From assembly GCA_012295275.1 (NCBI GenBank), contig CM022665.1:744001-808000 (forward strand): a stretch of DNA of 64,000 nucleotides, written 5' to 3'. Made by a program: the position numbers and the translations under genes. The notes beneath the pieces were generated by a model. The model saw only the letters and a list, made by a program, of their open reading frames with translations, was not told the DNA's origin and did not search any database. This document shows positions 43,601 to 57,466 of the stretch, piece after piece. Source of the DNA: Chrysomallon squamiferum (lineage: Eukaryota; Animalia; Mollusca). Numbering within the stretch: the stretch's first letter is position 1; each line of letters begins with the position of its first letter.

Positions 43601-46600
43601 TTTTTTAATATATCAATGTGTTTGAGTTGTTCTTTATAGAAATAATGTTATTAGGAATTTAGATAAGTTTAGAGATTATTAAATAACAGTTTTCTCTATC
43701 CAGTAATCAGATATTCATGACTTTATATATAATATTTTTAAAACATATGAAACCGATTTTAACTTTACTTCCTTGTTTTACGTTGTGTAAATTTTTACAG
43801 CTACTAATGAAGCTTTTCTAGGCGATTTTATTCGATTCAATGACTGACATAAAACATGCGTTGATCTTGGATTTAGTTAAAACAAATATAATAACAAAAA
43901 GTTTAAAACAAGACCAGCATTTTAACACATTAAATTTTAACTATCTTCAGATAATACAGAAAACGATATTCGTTTGTATTTGTTAGGAGCGACAACGAAA
44001 ATTTCATAAATATTGACCTGTTTGTGTCGCCCACTTTTTGAGTATCGTTTTCAATAATAGTTAGGAGTGTACAGAGTAAGTGTTAAGACAAATATTTAAA
44101 ATTATTACCTTTTTGTTACTAATATTATAAAATATTTATTTATTTTTTGTAATACAGAAACCTCTGATATGCCTGACAAGAATTAAGTTAAAAATGTTGA
44201 AAACATTTGGTAATTTTTACTTTTATTTTATTTTATTTATTATTTTTTTATAAATATATATATATATTTAAAATACGTCTTATTTGATTTTTTAATTAAA
44301 TTTTATTTAATTAGTTATTTTATTTAATTTTGTTTATTTATATGAATTATATTTCTTATACTAAAACATGCATTTTTTTAAAATTTAAATTACAACTAAG
44401 TACTTCATGTAAATGACAAACTTTCTTGTATATTATTTTCCTATATGCGTGAATAAAATGTACCCAGATTTGAATAAACATTTCTAAGTCTTTTTATTAT
44501 GATATTTTTTCTACTGGGCGGTATCAAAAGTTGCTGTTAGACACAGTATGAACACTTAACAGTTTTGCAGTTGGACTCTCCATATTCAGAATGTTATGCA
44601 GAATCTGTCGTTGTTGTTGTGCTAACATTTAGATCATGATGCATTCGAGAAAATCGTCAAATTCTTCTGGTATCTTACAATTTAAATATGTCTTTTCTTT
44701 TAGTTATTTATCAGAGGGTATCGTTGAAACTTTATACCAGTTTTCATAGTGCGGTAACAAAAGGTGCTGTTACACACAATATAAACTGTTTACTGTTTTG
44801 GAAGTCGGCTCTGTGTATTAGAATTTTATACAGAGTCAGTTATTGTCAATATGCTACCAGTTAGATCAGTTCTATTTATGTCAGAGTTGTTTTGTGGACA
44901 ATGTACAGGAAGATCCAAACATATCAAATTGACCGCTGTTTAATAGCAAGAGTATTCAAAGAAAATAAACTGAGTTGGTCTTAATAAGACATAAGACAAA
45001 GGAAGTTACTATAAGAGAAAGTTTGCAGTGTAAACAATATACCTAGTTGTAATATGAATAAAATTTAGTTAACTTTTACTAGAATAAAATGCAAAGTATC
45101 AACAGATTATAAATAAATCAATAAACATGGAAACAAAAAAATCAACAACTAAATAAATAAATGAATAAATAAATAAGTGAAGTTTAGTTAAATTAAATTA
45201 AATTAAATAATGTTCGTTAACTCGTTTATGATATTTTTCTTATTAGCGGTTCAAAGTCGCCAAGTTTATTTATATCACTTTGTACACGTAATTTCAGTCA
45301 CGTGATCGTTACGACATAGAAACGACCCATCTAACGCATCGAGGTGTCTGAGCTGTTCTTTACGGAAATAATTTGATTCGGAATTTAGGTAAGTTTACAA
45401 AAAATTTAATAACGATTTATATATCTAGTAAGTTATGAGATTATTCTCAATAGCAGTTAGATTTCTGGAATGTTAACGAGTTTATTTATATCACTTTTGT
45501 ACACGTAATTTGAAAATGTGATCGTTACGAGGTCGAGACAACCCGTATACATTGTGTTGTCTATTGTTTAATCTATCGAAGGGTTTGAGCTGGTCTTTAC
45601 AGAAACAATGTTACTAGGAATTTAAGTAAGTTTACACAAATTTTAACAACAGTTTTCTGTATCTAGTCATTTATGTGTATAAATATATATTTAAGTGTGC
45701 AGAGATATTTATTCTTTTTAAATGTATGAAACTGATTTTAACATTACTTCCTTGTTTACGTTGTGTAAATTTCCACCGCTAATAACGAAAATTTTCTCGT
45801 CCATTTTGTTCGATCCAGTGAGTCACGTAAAAGATGCGTAGACACTGGATTTAATTTTAAAAGGTTCAATAATAAGCCAGTATTTTTACACATTAAATTG
45901 TTGCTATCGTCAGATAAGAGAGAAAACGAACTTCTTTTCTAATTGTTAGGAGCGACAACGAAAATGCTACAAACACTGATCCATTTTTATACTTCTTCAG
46001 TATCGTTTTTAATTATAGTTACGAGCGAATAGAATAAGTCTAACACAAATATATAAAATTATTAGCTTTGTGTTTGTTTGTTTTTTTGTGGGGGTTTTTG
46101 TGAAACTGAAACGTTTGCGGACGAAAATATTTCCTGGAACGTTTGAGAACAGTGCATATAATTATTTACTACTCAGTGTAAGGTTAACTTTGCACTGCAG
46201 CATAATGTTTGCAAATAATTAAATCCGACATTAAAAAAGTATTCTGGTTTAGGATTATGACTGCACATTGACAATAGAATATATTGTACTCTGCAAAATA
46301 AAAATAAATAAAATAATAAATAAACAAATAATAAATAAAAGTGCACAAAAAATAAATGAAATAAAACACATAAAGGAAAAAAATACATAAACAAATAAAT
46401 AAAATATACACATAAAGCAACAACGAAACAAATAAAAGAAAAGAAATGAAAATGAAACAAAACATAAAAGAACAAACAAATAAATAAATAAATAATATAA
46501 AATGAAACAAAATAAAAGAAAATAAAAAATGGTGATAGCCTAAGTTATGATATTAGCAGTTAGATTTCTGGAAGGTTAACAAGTTTATTTATATCGCTTT

Positions 46601-46750
46601 TGTACACGTAATTTGAGTCACGTGATCGATATAATGTAGAGATAACCAGTAAATGTTTTGTTGTCTGTTTCTAATATATCAAAGGGTTTCAGCTGTTCTT
46701 TTCAGAAATAATTCGATTAAGAATTAAGTAAGTTTATATAAAAAAATAAT
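35040..46750. repeat. Three diverged ~3.8-kb tandem units, each built from several promoter/5'-exon-like modules; more diverged partial copies continue to ~50200
   Basis: Marker catgcgcagtgcgtgtc at ~35830, ~39659, ~43458; marker aaacgtttgcggacgaaaatat at ~38480, ~42286, ~46110. Confidence 0.92.
35054..35236 (+). promoter_or_regulatory. Putative promoter/first-exon module: kB-like GGGATTTTTCC, YY1-like CGCCATGTT, E-box GTCACGTGAT, ending at donor AG|GTAAGT
   Basis: Motifs at 35054-35064, ~35090 and 35125-35134 in a locally CpG-rich patch; consensus donor at 35237. Motif matches only. Confidence 0.5.
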
Positions 46751-49587
46751 AACAGTTTTCTGTATCTAGCCTTTTATGTGTGTAAATACATATTTATATA
46801 TGTAGAAATATGTATATTTTTTAAATGTAGGAACCAGATTTTAACTTTATTTCCTAAAACATTGTGTACATTTTCACAGCTAATAACGAAATTTTTCTTG
46901 TCGAATTTGTTCGATTCAGTGAATTACATAAAGCATGCGTAGACATAGATTTAGTTACAAAATAATAATAATAAAAGTTTAAAACAAGACCAGTATTTTA
47001 ACACAATAAATTTATATTATGCTCAGATAATATAAAGAAAACGATAATCTTTTGTATTTGTTAAGAGCGACAACAATAAAGTCACAAATACTGATCCATT
47101 TTTGTCGCCCACTTCTTGAGTATCGTTTTCTAATAAAAGTTGGAAGTGTATAGAGTAAGTGTTAAGAGAAATATTTAAAATTATTATATTTATATTGTTA
47201 ACATTATAACATATTTCCATGTACTTCTTTTCTTTTGTGAAACTGAAATCTCTATCATGCTTGACAAGATTTAAGTTAACAATGTAGAAAATATTTGTTA
47301 ATTTTTGTTTTATTTAGAACATTTTTTTAAATAAATAGAAAGTTTCAAAACATAAGTCTAATTTTTATTTATTTAATAAAAAAAAATGTTTTTTAAAATT
47401 AATTATTTTATTTAGTTCTGTTTGTTTAGTTATATGATTAATTTATAATTTATTCTAGGTAAAACTGCTTATATTTTACTTAAATTACAACTAAGTACAT
47501 AATTTTCATGGGAAACTTTCTTGTAGATAATGTTTCTATATGCTTCAATAAAATGTACCCAGATTTGAATAAACATTTTCAAAGTGTTTTTATTATGATA
47601 CTTTTCTACTGGGCGGTATCAAAAATTGCTGTGTTAGACACAAAATGAACAGATTGCGGTTTTGCTATTGGCTCAGTGTATTCAGAATATCAGACAGAAT
47701 AAATTATTATAATTCCGTAATCTTTTATATCAGTTTTATTCGTGACTGAGTTGGTTTTGTGGATAATATATAGGAAAATCCAAAGATTACAAATTGAACG
47801 TTGTCTAATAGGAAGAGTATTCAAAGGAAATAAACTGCAATAGCTGTACTATAAACAAATATTAGAGTATTTGTACTCTAATGAAAGTAAAATATCAGAA
47901 AATCATTCTACATTTAGGCCGAGGGAGTTAATGTAATACAAATGGAATTAATATTATAATAACAACATTTAGAAATTTTGTATTCAAATATGACAGAGTT
48001 TAACGTGTAAACAATGTACTTAGTTGCAAAGTTAATAATATTTAATTAACTTTACTAAAATATAATGTATTGACCAAATTATAAATAAATAAATAAACCC
48101 ATTTGTGTCACGACCCTTCCTCAATACTGTTTTTAACGATAGTTAAAAATACATCGATTAAATTTTAAGACAAATACTAAATATGTTTAGATCTATGTCG
48201 CTAAGTATATAAAATATTTGTGTGTGGTTTCTTTCTTTTGCAAACGAAACTTCTATTTTTGCAACGGACTAAACTACTTCCTGTAATGTTTGATAACAGA
48301 GAACATAATTTTTCGAGAAAATCAAACGAAATATCGATGTGTTTGAGGTGTTCTTTACAGAAATAATATGATTAGGAATTTATATAGACATTTCAATAAC
48401 AGTTTCCTTCATCCAGTAATCTTATATTTATGTCTGTAAATATTCTGATACTTTTTCAAATATATTAAACCGATTATAACTTTACACCCTCTCATCCTTG
48501 TTTAACTTTGTGTACGTTTCATATTAGCTAGAGAAGATTTTATTCAATACCAAAACTCACGTAAACAGCACACTGGATTTAGTTGAAATAGATGAATAAC
48601 AGGATCAGTGTTTGAAATAAGAATTACATTTTAACACATTTTACTATCTTCAGACAGTAAAAAAATTGACCTTCTTTCGTTATTTTGTATAATAATTAGA
48701 ATAATAGAGTAAGTGTTAAGATAAATATTTAAAAATATTAGCTTCCGTGTACTTCTTTTCTCTTCTGAAACTGAAACTTCTATTATGACTAATAGATTTA
48801 AATTAAAAATGTAAAAAAAACATTTGGTCATTTATTTTATCAGCAACAGATAAAAAAAAAAAAAAAAAAAACCAGTAAATAAATAAATAAATATATAAAT
48901 AAATAAATAATAATAAAAAAAAAAAAATAAAAAATAATAAAAAAATAAAATAAAATAAAATAAAATCATTAATAATAATAATAATAAATGTACTCGTCTG
49001 ATTTATTTTTTAACTTTTTTCTTATTTCGTTATTTTTATTGTTTTTATTTTTTCTTTTTTCCCCAAAATTGACTCCTGTTTGATCGCAAGAGTATTCAAA
49101 GAAAATAAACGACAATAGTTGTAATATAAATAAAGATTAGTGTATTTGTCTTGTAAGAAAAGTAATATATTTTAATATTATTATATTTTACACGTTGCAC
49201 ATTAATCCACTGAGTATAAGGTACAAGAAAATGTTACAAATATTTATGTTTCAGAAAATGTTCCTAGATTTATGAAGAGTGAGTTAAAGTAATACACATA
49301 AAATTAATGTTATAATAACAACATGTAAATGTGTATTCAAATCCGAGTTCATCTTATTAAGGCAGAAAATATAGGAAATACAATGTATTCAACAGATTAT
49401 AAATAAAGAAATAAATACATTAAAAAATAAAATGATATATATATATAATGAGTTAAAACATATAAATAAACAAATAAAATAATATTAAAAAGACGATGTG
49501 GCCTGACTTATCAGATTATTATCAACTGCAGTTCATTTTCTAGAAGGTTGCCAAGTTTATTTATAGAACTTTGTACACGCACTTTGA

Positions 49588-49690
49588 GTCACGTGATCGC
49601 TGCGACGTAGATACGACCCAGTACGTTTTGTTGTCTATTTTTAATGTGTCTGTGCTGTTCTTTACAGAAATAATTTCATTAGGAATACAG
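49588..49690 (+). promoter_or_regulatory. Most proximal E-box/first-exon module of IAP-B (homolog of the donor at position 16 for IAP-A)
   Basis: GTCACGTGAT at 49588 and donor CAG|GTAAGC at 49691; 49677-49900 aligns by eye with window positions 1-225. Confidence 0.45.
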
Positions 49691-50324
49691 GTAAGCGTAT
49701 AAACAATATAATAACAGTTTCCTCTTTTACCATATCCAGTCAACAGAAAAAAAAGAAAAAAAGAAAAAAAGACCTTCTTTTATATTTGTTACGAGACACA
49801 AAAAAAGGTCACAAATACTGACCCGTTTATGTCGCCCACTTTTTGAATATTTTTCTAAATAATTGCTAGGAGGGCACAGAGTAAGTGTGAAGAGAAATAT
49901 TTAAAATTATTAAATTTATGTTGCTAACATTATGTTCTTTCTCTCCTTCGTTCTACGCACGTAGACCTTGGATTTAGCTAATGAATTTAATAACATGACC
50001 AGTGCTTGAAATAATAATTACATTTTAACATATTTTATTATTTTCATATAATAGAGAACCAACCTTTTTGTATTTGTTACAAACAACAACCAAAGGGTCA
50101 GAAATATTCACCTGTTTCTGTCCTTAGATTGTCTGAATATCGTTTATAATAAAAGGAGTTTGTAGAGTAACGTTTGTGACAAACGTTTAAAATTATTAGA
50201 TTTACATTATAAAATATTTTCTTGTTATTTCGTTCTTTTCTAAAACCGAAATTTCTACTTCAAACAATCGACTAAAATATTTCCTGGAAAGGTAGATAAC
50301 AGTGTATTTAATTATTTTGCACAG

Positions 50325-50369
50325 GATTAATTCATATCAAAGGACTCCGTTGTCTCCTTGTGGAACTGA
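50325..50369 (+). CDS. IAP-B micro-exon, 45 nt, phase 1-1 (G-LIHIKGLRCLLVEL)
   Basis: attttgcacag|GA...CTG A|gtaacc; open; homolog of 1356-1400. Confidence 0.55.
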
Positions 50370-50613
50370 GTAACCTTGTCACTGACTTTCTCCGATAAAG
50401 AAAGAAAGACAAGTCATATAATTTTGTATTCATTTTAATATATTTTATATTTGATCAAATTCAAGATATCGAACAGAAAATTTATGAAACATACTTACAG
50501 CTATAAAATGTCAGTGGTATAATGTTACAGTGGTAAAGAGTTTTCCTTCACATAGGGTTACCCACAATCAATGATGTCAAGTATAAAATGTTTATATCAA
50601 TTTCTTATTGCAG

Positions 50614-50739
50614 AACAAACAGATCAACTGAGGGAAATGGCATTATCAAACTTTGGCTACGAACTGAACAACACTGTACCACCACCACACTTGCTAAACA
50701 GTGCAGCACCACCACACTTTATAAACTCAAGTTACACAG
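50614..50739 (+). CDS. IAP-B exon, 126 nt, phase 1-1 (QTDQLREMALSNFGYELNNTVPPPHLLNSAAPPHFINSSYT)
   Basis: tttcttattgcag|AA...ACA G|gtacat; in-frame 27-nt internal duplication relative to the IAP-A homolog. Confidence 0.7.
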
Positions 50740-51800
50740 GTACATTTGTTAGTTTAAAGATTTCTCAGCTGTAATGAAAAAACACAAAATTTTGTTTCGT
50801 AAGTTCTAATTTATAAAGAGAAGGATATCATATGAAACTGCTAGCTCAGTAAATTCAGCAGGAATTAACTTTTTAATAAGAACATAACTGTCTAATTCTG
50901 GTCGTGCTTTGGAACGATGTCTCACTTGAGGAGTCTTAAGGGTTTCTTTTTCATTGTCTATTTTGTTTTCAAGTGAACTCTGATACCTTAAATGTATCGC
51001 AATTATACATTCACATGTTTCGAAATTTATAGTAAATGTATATCTTACAGTTTTTTTTAATTCAGCAGTGACATGTGGATGTTGCTGCTTAATGTCAGCA
51101 CTGAATATCGCCTTTGAATCGTTGATATTTATGACAAACTTCATTTACATCAATATCAATACAACAACTTTGAATACAGCTTTTTCAATTTAACATTTAG
51201 CAGAACGCGCAGTCAAACTACGCTAGAATTAAGTTTGATTTACATTACGACATTGCAAACAGAGATGTCATGGTGACATAGTGTGAACACACTGATAATT
51301 CTTATCTACATGATTTGCAACCAATGTATTTATCCAAGTATGTAATAATTAACACATATAAATCCCTGTTACTTTACTTTCACGACTGAAGGTATGAGTT
51401 TATTTTCCTGTTTTGATTTTACGTATTAAAATACGACTATTTATGAGTAGTTACAAAATAGGTTATGGACAAACTTCTAAAAAACGTTTAGAAGCATATC
51501 ATTTTTATAAAATTGTTTTCTCAACTTTTCGTTGAAACAGTTAGTTACGTGTCACTAACAACTCAAAGACTTTTAAACACAGCAGTTTTAAAAGTCTCAT
51601 ATAAGGTTGTATTCATTGTCTTCTCGACAAATGTTTATCAGTTTGTGAAAGAGAAAACTTGCAGTAAGGAAAGAAAATCAATGAAAACAAATATGAGCAT
51701 TCCTATTAGTATTACTGATTTATATTACTGAAAAGTTGGCAATTTCTGACAATGCTAGAAAAGTTTATTTTTATTTATGTTACTGAAACTACATTTCTAG

Positions 51801-51854
51801 GATATCCACCTGCAGAGAAACTTCACACGATGGACAATGTCATTTTCCTTGCAG
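51801..51854 (+). CDS. IAP-B micro-exon, 54 nt, phase 1-1 (G-YPPAEKLHTMDNVIFLA)
   Basis: catttctag|GA...GCA G|gtacgt; open. Confidence 0.65.
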
Positions 51855-52930
51855 GTACGTAATTATTTCCTAAATTTCTTTTGCAGTTATGATGAATCAA
51901 CTTAGTTTCTGGTGAACGGGAGTTACTTTGATAATTTAAGTTAATCTCTAATTATTTACTTACATAGGTATTTAAGACTCATATAAGGTTGTATTCATTA
52001 TCTTTTCAACAAATGTTTATCAGTTTGTGAAAGAGAAAACTTGCAGTAAGGAAAGAAAATCATAAAACATTTCTTTTTTATTATCTATTTTGTTTTTTTT
52101 GAAGTGAACTCTGATACCTAAAATTACCTTAATTATATATTCACATGTTTCGAAATTTATAGTAAATGTATATCTTACAGTTTTTTTTAATTCAGCAGTG
52201 ACATGTGGATGTAGCTGCTTAATGTCAGCACTGAATATCGCCTTTGAATTGTTGATATTTATGACAAGCTTCATTTGCATGAGTAATAATATAAAATCTT
52301 TCAGTACAGCTTTGCAGTTTACAATTTAGCAGAACTCGCAGTCAGACTACGCTAGAATTAAGTTTGATTTACATTAGAACATTGCAAACACAGACGTCAT
52401 AGTGACAGACTGAACAGATAATTCTTATCTACGTGATTTGCAACGAATATATTTATCCAAGTGTGTAATAATTAACCTATACATTGTTGTTACTTTACTT
52501 CCGTGTCTGATGTTTGATTTTACGTATTAATAGTGACTACGTATGAGTAGTTAGTAAATACTTCTAGTTAGGTAGATACTTCTAGAAAACGTTTAGAAGT
52601 ATATCTGTGTTACAAAGTGGTTTCCGCAATTTTTCGGTGAAACATTTAGTAAGCTGTAACTAACAACACAAAAACTTTTAAAGACAGCAGTTTTTACAGT
52701 CTCACATGGGGTAGTATTCACTGTCTTCCCAGGAAATGTTTATGAGGTTGTCGAAGTGAAAACATCCAGCTAAGAAAGAGAAACAAGCAAAACAAATATG
52801 AAAATTCGTATTAGTTTAGTGATTTATATTAGTGAAAAGTGGTATATAATGTTTACTGGCATAAATAGCCATTGATACTACTCAGCTATGCTAGAAATAT
52901 TTATCTTTATATACGTTACTTAAATTACAG

Positions 52931-52993
52931 ACGCACAACGACAGCCGACAGCCATTTCCAAATCAGAAAGAGTGGAACAGAGGTGTAATTCAG
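52931..52993 (+). CDS. IAP-B micro-exon, 63 nt, phase 1-1 (D-AQRQPTAISKSERVEQRCNS)
   Basis: taaattacag|AC...TCA G|gtacag; open, GC-richer than its flanks. Confidence 0.7.
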
Positions 52994-53986
52994 GTACAGA
53001 ATTACTTGTTAACTTTCTTCTCTAGCTATGATAAAGCAAATTACCTTCTGGTGCATGGGTGCCAATTTGTTGTTTTAAACAGAAATCTAATTATTGACTT
53101 ACATTAGTGAAAATTAAATTATTAACACCATTAATACATATGTTTAGCATTTGGCTTTCGTTTATAGTTTATTCTATGTTTTTAGTAGAGAAGACAATCT
53201 GAACTTTGTATACATATAAAATTATAAAAAGCATAAGGTTGTCTTTAGTTAATATGCCTAGTTTAAAGATTTCTCAGATGTAATGAAAGAACACAAAATT
53301 TTGTTTGATAAGTTGTAATTTATAAACAGAAGGATATCACATCAAACTGCTAGCTCAGTAAATTCAGCAGCAATTAAGCTTTTTAAGAAGAACACAACTG
53401 TCTAAATCGGGCTTTGGAACGATGTCTCACTTGAAGAGTCTTAAGGGTTTCTTTTTCACTTTCTATTTTGTTTTCAAGTCAACTCTGATACCTAAAATTA
53501 CCTTAATTATACATTCACATGTTTCGAAATTTATAGTAAATGTATATCTTACAGTTTTTTTTAATTCAGCAGTGACATGTGGATGTAGCTGCTTAATGTC
53601 AGCACTGAATATCGCCTTTGAATTGTTGATATTTATGACAAGCTTCATTTACATGAGTAATAATATACAAACTTTCAGTACAGCTTTGTAGTTTACAATT
53701 TAGCAGAACGCGCAGTCAGACTACGCTAGAATTAACTTTGATTTACATTACAACATTGCAAACAGAGGTGTCACAGTGACAGTCTGAACAGATAATTCTT
53801 ATCTACATGATTTGCAACGAATATATTTATCCAGCTGTGCAATAATTAACCTATAAATTGTTGTTTCTTTACTTCCGTATACGACGTTTGATTTTACGTA
53901 TTAATATAGCCTGCGTATGAGTAGTTACTAATTATACTCGACAATGCGATGAATGTTTTTGTTTTTTTATGTTACTGAAATTACAC

Positions 53987-54073
53987 ATCTACAAAAAGAC
54001 GTTTCTGTAAAGAGTCGATTGACACTGAAGTGTTGTAAAGAATTAGAATTAATGAAACGCAAGAATAATTCAG
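53987..54073 (+). pseudogene. Decayed 87-nt micro-exon (D-LQKDVSVKSRLTLKCCKELELMKRKNNS) with both splice sites mutated
   Basis: ctgaaattacac| (AG>AC) and cag|ttacgt (GT>TT) at positions homologous to intact exons; the frame is still open. Confidence 0.55.
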
Positions 54074-54813
54074 TTACGTAATTATTTCCTAACTTATTTT
54101 TGCTGTATGCTGAATCAATGCAGTTTCTTGTGAATGTGTTTTACTTTTATGTTTTAAGCTAAACTCTAATTATTTACTTTCTTCAGCATTTAAAAAATGT
54201 TTAATTAATTACTAATACGAGTAATACATATTTTTGGTATTTGTCTTTGGTTTATATGTTCTTTATTTGATGAATAGAGACTAGAAAGTCTGAACTTTAT
54301 ATACATATAAAATTGTTAAAGTAATAAGATTATCTATAGTTAATATATGCAAAGGAATGTATTTAGTGAAAAGCATTTTCAGTAGACATCAGGGTTTGAA
54401 TGTTGAACACAAAATTATCCTGTTTCGTGACAGCTGTAAAAATCTGATAGTAGTCAGTGATAATTTCGTACAGCTGAGATTTTCAGTAATGACATCCACA
54501 ACAAATCATGATCATGTTCATGTTTATTAATAAAATGGTAATATTTGCGTGTTATAAAATATCAGTAGTATTGTCTTATAATTCTAAAGAGACTAGCTGA
54601 AAACAGGGTGACCCACACTCCACTGATACATATTACTGAAATTAAATATTTGAGAAATGAAGTGAGGAATACTGAAATATTAAACTTCGCAAGGGAAGTG
54701 CCCTACAGTACAAGAAAATCAAAGAATACAATATTTTTTTGTTGCCACAAAATGCCAGTGTTACTGTACAGTAGCAGAAATATTTATATTTATTTATTTT
54801 ACTGAAATTACAG

Positions 54814-54864
54814 ATGTAACACGTGAATCAGTGAAGAGTAAGATTATACTCATGTGTAATGCAG
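54814..54864 (+). CDS. IAP-B micro-exon, 51 nt, phase 1-1 (D-VTRESVKSKIILMCNA)
   Basis: ctgaaattacag|AT...GCA G|gtaaat; open. Confidence 0.7.
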
Positions 54865-55172
54865 GTAAATTATTAATTGTTAACTTTCTTTTCTATCTGT
54901 GATTAAACAGCGTGATTTTACTTAAAAGTAATGAATAGATTGTTATTATTATTTATTTATTTATATTATTATTATTACTTTAATTATTTTGGTTTGTTGT
55001 TTTGCCAGCAGCTAGTGTGTTTTTAAAGACCAAAGATATAAATGTTTAAATAAACGGACTAAACTTCCATCTGACTGTTGCTCATGATACGATGATCAGT
55101 ATATTTCTTCTTATAATCGTAAACTGATGATCATTTTTTAATTTTAAATATTTTGTTTTTCTGAAATATCAG

Positions 55173-55217
55173 TGCCAGAGATTGAAATGAGATCTGTGTT
55201 ACTGCTTATGTATTTAG
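55173..55217 (+). CDS. IAP-B micro-exon, 45 nt, phase 1-1 (V-PEIEMRSVLLLMYL)
   Basis: ctgaaatatcag|TG...TTA G|gtacgt; open. Confidence 0.7.
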
Positions 55218-55224
55218 GTACGTT

Positions 55225-55366
<142 letters not shown>

Positions 55367-56113
55367 TTGTATAAAGTTCTTAAATTTAACAGTTTTGAAA
55401 GGATCATGATAGATCACAGGAAGAAATAAAAACTAAATTTGTTTTTACTAAAGCTTCTTGTGTAATTTTTTACTTTATGTGACAAATCTTTTTCTGTTGT
55501 TGTATAAGAACCTGATTTTGATAGTCGCACTTAACACTGATATCTCAGGGGATTTTAGAATTTAGTATTTTCTCTGTTTCTTTCTTTCTTTTTTTATTAA
55601 TTTATTATTATTACTTTTTGTTGTTTGTAACTAGCAGAAAGAATGCATGTCAAGATATAAATGCTTAAAAACACAGTCTAATCTTCCATCTCATTTTTGC
55701 ATTTAATCATGATAGCCGAACGGTACATTTTAAAAGTTCGGCAATAAAATACTGGTATTTTGTAATTAGAGTAGCTCACAGGACCCTACCACATATATAT
55801 TTCAGTAAATATACAGCATTAACATCTATAACGTTTTTTAATAAGTGAAAATATAATACAGACTTTAATAATCAAATCTGAATATCGCAAGTTAGTTCCT
55901 CGTTCAAAGATTTATCATAAGCAGTGATCTCAGAACTTCATCAATGTCCTGGTTTCCTTGTCAAATAGTCTGTCTCTTTCTGATTTTGTACAACTTTCTA
56001 GTCTGAATATCTATCTCATTAAAATAAAACGTGAAAAATAATAATTTTCTTGTAACTGTAAACTGATGTTAATATTTAAATTTTAAACTAATTGATGTTT
56101 TCAGTAATATCAG

Positions 56114-56164
56114 GGTTAAGGAACTTGATCACTAATTGTCCAGATCTTATGAGGGTTATACAAG
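56114..56164 (+). CDS. IAP-B micro-exon, 51 nt, phase 1-1 (G-LRNLITNCPDLMRVIQ)
   Basis: gtaatatcag|GG...CAA G|gtatgt; open. Confidence 0.7.
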
Positions 56165-56211
56165 GTATGTTTTATTATTATTATTATTAGTACTATTATT
56201 ATTATTACTAC

Positions 56212-56252
<41 letters not shown>

Positions 56253-57412
56253 GTTTATATAAAGCTTTTAAATGTAACAGTTTTGAAAGGATCATGATAA
56301 ATCACAGGAACAAAAAAATTAAATCTGTTATTACTAAAGTTTCTTGTTTAACTTTATTCTTTATGTGACAGATAATCTTTTTTTTTTTTTTTTTTTTTTT
56401 TTTATAAGAGCCTAATTTTCATAGTCGCACTTAACGGTGATATTTTAGGGGGGATTAAGAATTTAGTATTTTTCTCTGTTTCTTTCTTTCTTTCTTTCTT
56501 TATTTCTTGTTTAAAGTTTTGTTTGATATAATTTGACATAATTCGTAAGTACTCTTTCTGATAATTATTTGCACATATGGAAAAATATGTGGAACACACA
56601 CACACACACACACACATTTCGTTTATAATTTATTCTATTTTATTATTAGAGACAAGAGAATCTGAACTTTATATGCATATACAGTTATTAAAGGCATAAT
56701 AGTATCGTTAGTTAATATGCTTAGTTTAAAGTTTCTGAAATGTAATGAAAGAACACAAAATTTTGTTTGATAAGTTGTAATTTTTTAAGTGAAGGATATC
56801 AGATCAAACTGCTAGCTCAGTAAATTCAGCAGCAGTTAACTTTTTAAGAAGAACATAACTGTCTAATTCGTGCTTTGGAACGATGTCTCACTTGAGGACT
56901 TTTAATTCTCTATTTGGTTTTCAAGTGATCTCTGCTACTTTAAATGCATCTTACTTATACACACATATTATTAAATTTATAGTAAATGTATATCTTACAG
57001 TTTTATTAATTCAGCAGTGACATGTGGAGGTGACTGCTTAATGTCGGCACTGAATATCGCCTTTGAATTCGTGATATTTATGACAAACTTCATTTACATC
57101 AATAACAATATACGAAATTCCAATAAAGCTTTGTAGATTAAAATTTACAAGAATTCAAACACAGCAGTTTTAAAAGTCTCATATCCGGTTGTATTCGTTG
57201 TCTTCTCAAGAAATGTTTATCAGTTTGTCAAAGTGAAAACTTACAGTAAACAAAGAAAATCAACCAAAACAATCTGAACATTCGTATTAGTTTTAGTGAT
57301 TATATTACTGAAAAGTTGTAAATAAATTTTACTGGCATATAAAGGCATTGGTAATACTTGACAATACTAGAAATGTTTATCTTTATTTATGTTACTGAAA
57401 CTACGTCTGTAG

Positions 57413-57466
57413 GACTTCAGTCTGCAGAGACATTTTTCAAGGACAGCAAAGGCTGGTGGGCGTCAG
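57413..57466 (+). CDS. IAP-B micro-exon, 54 nt, phase 1-1 (G-LQSAETFFKDSKGWWAS)
   Basis: gtctgtag|GA...TCA G|gtacgt; open. Confidence 0.65.

Noticed and set aside
53980-53990. U12-type AT-AC introns suggested by AC acceptors and AT donors
   Set aside because: No ATATCCTT donor or TCCTTAAC branch consensus; better explained as point-mutated GT-AG sites.
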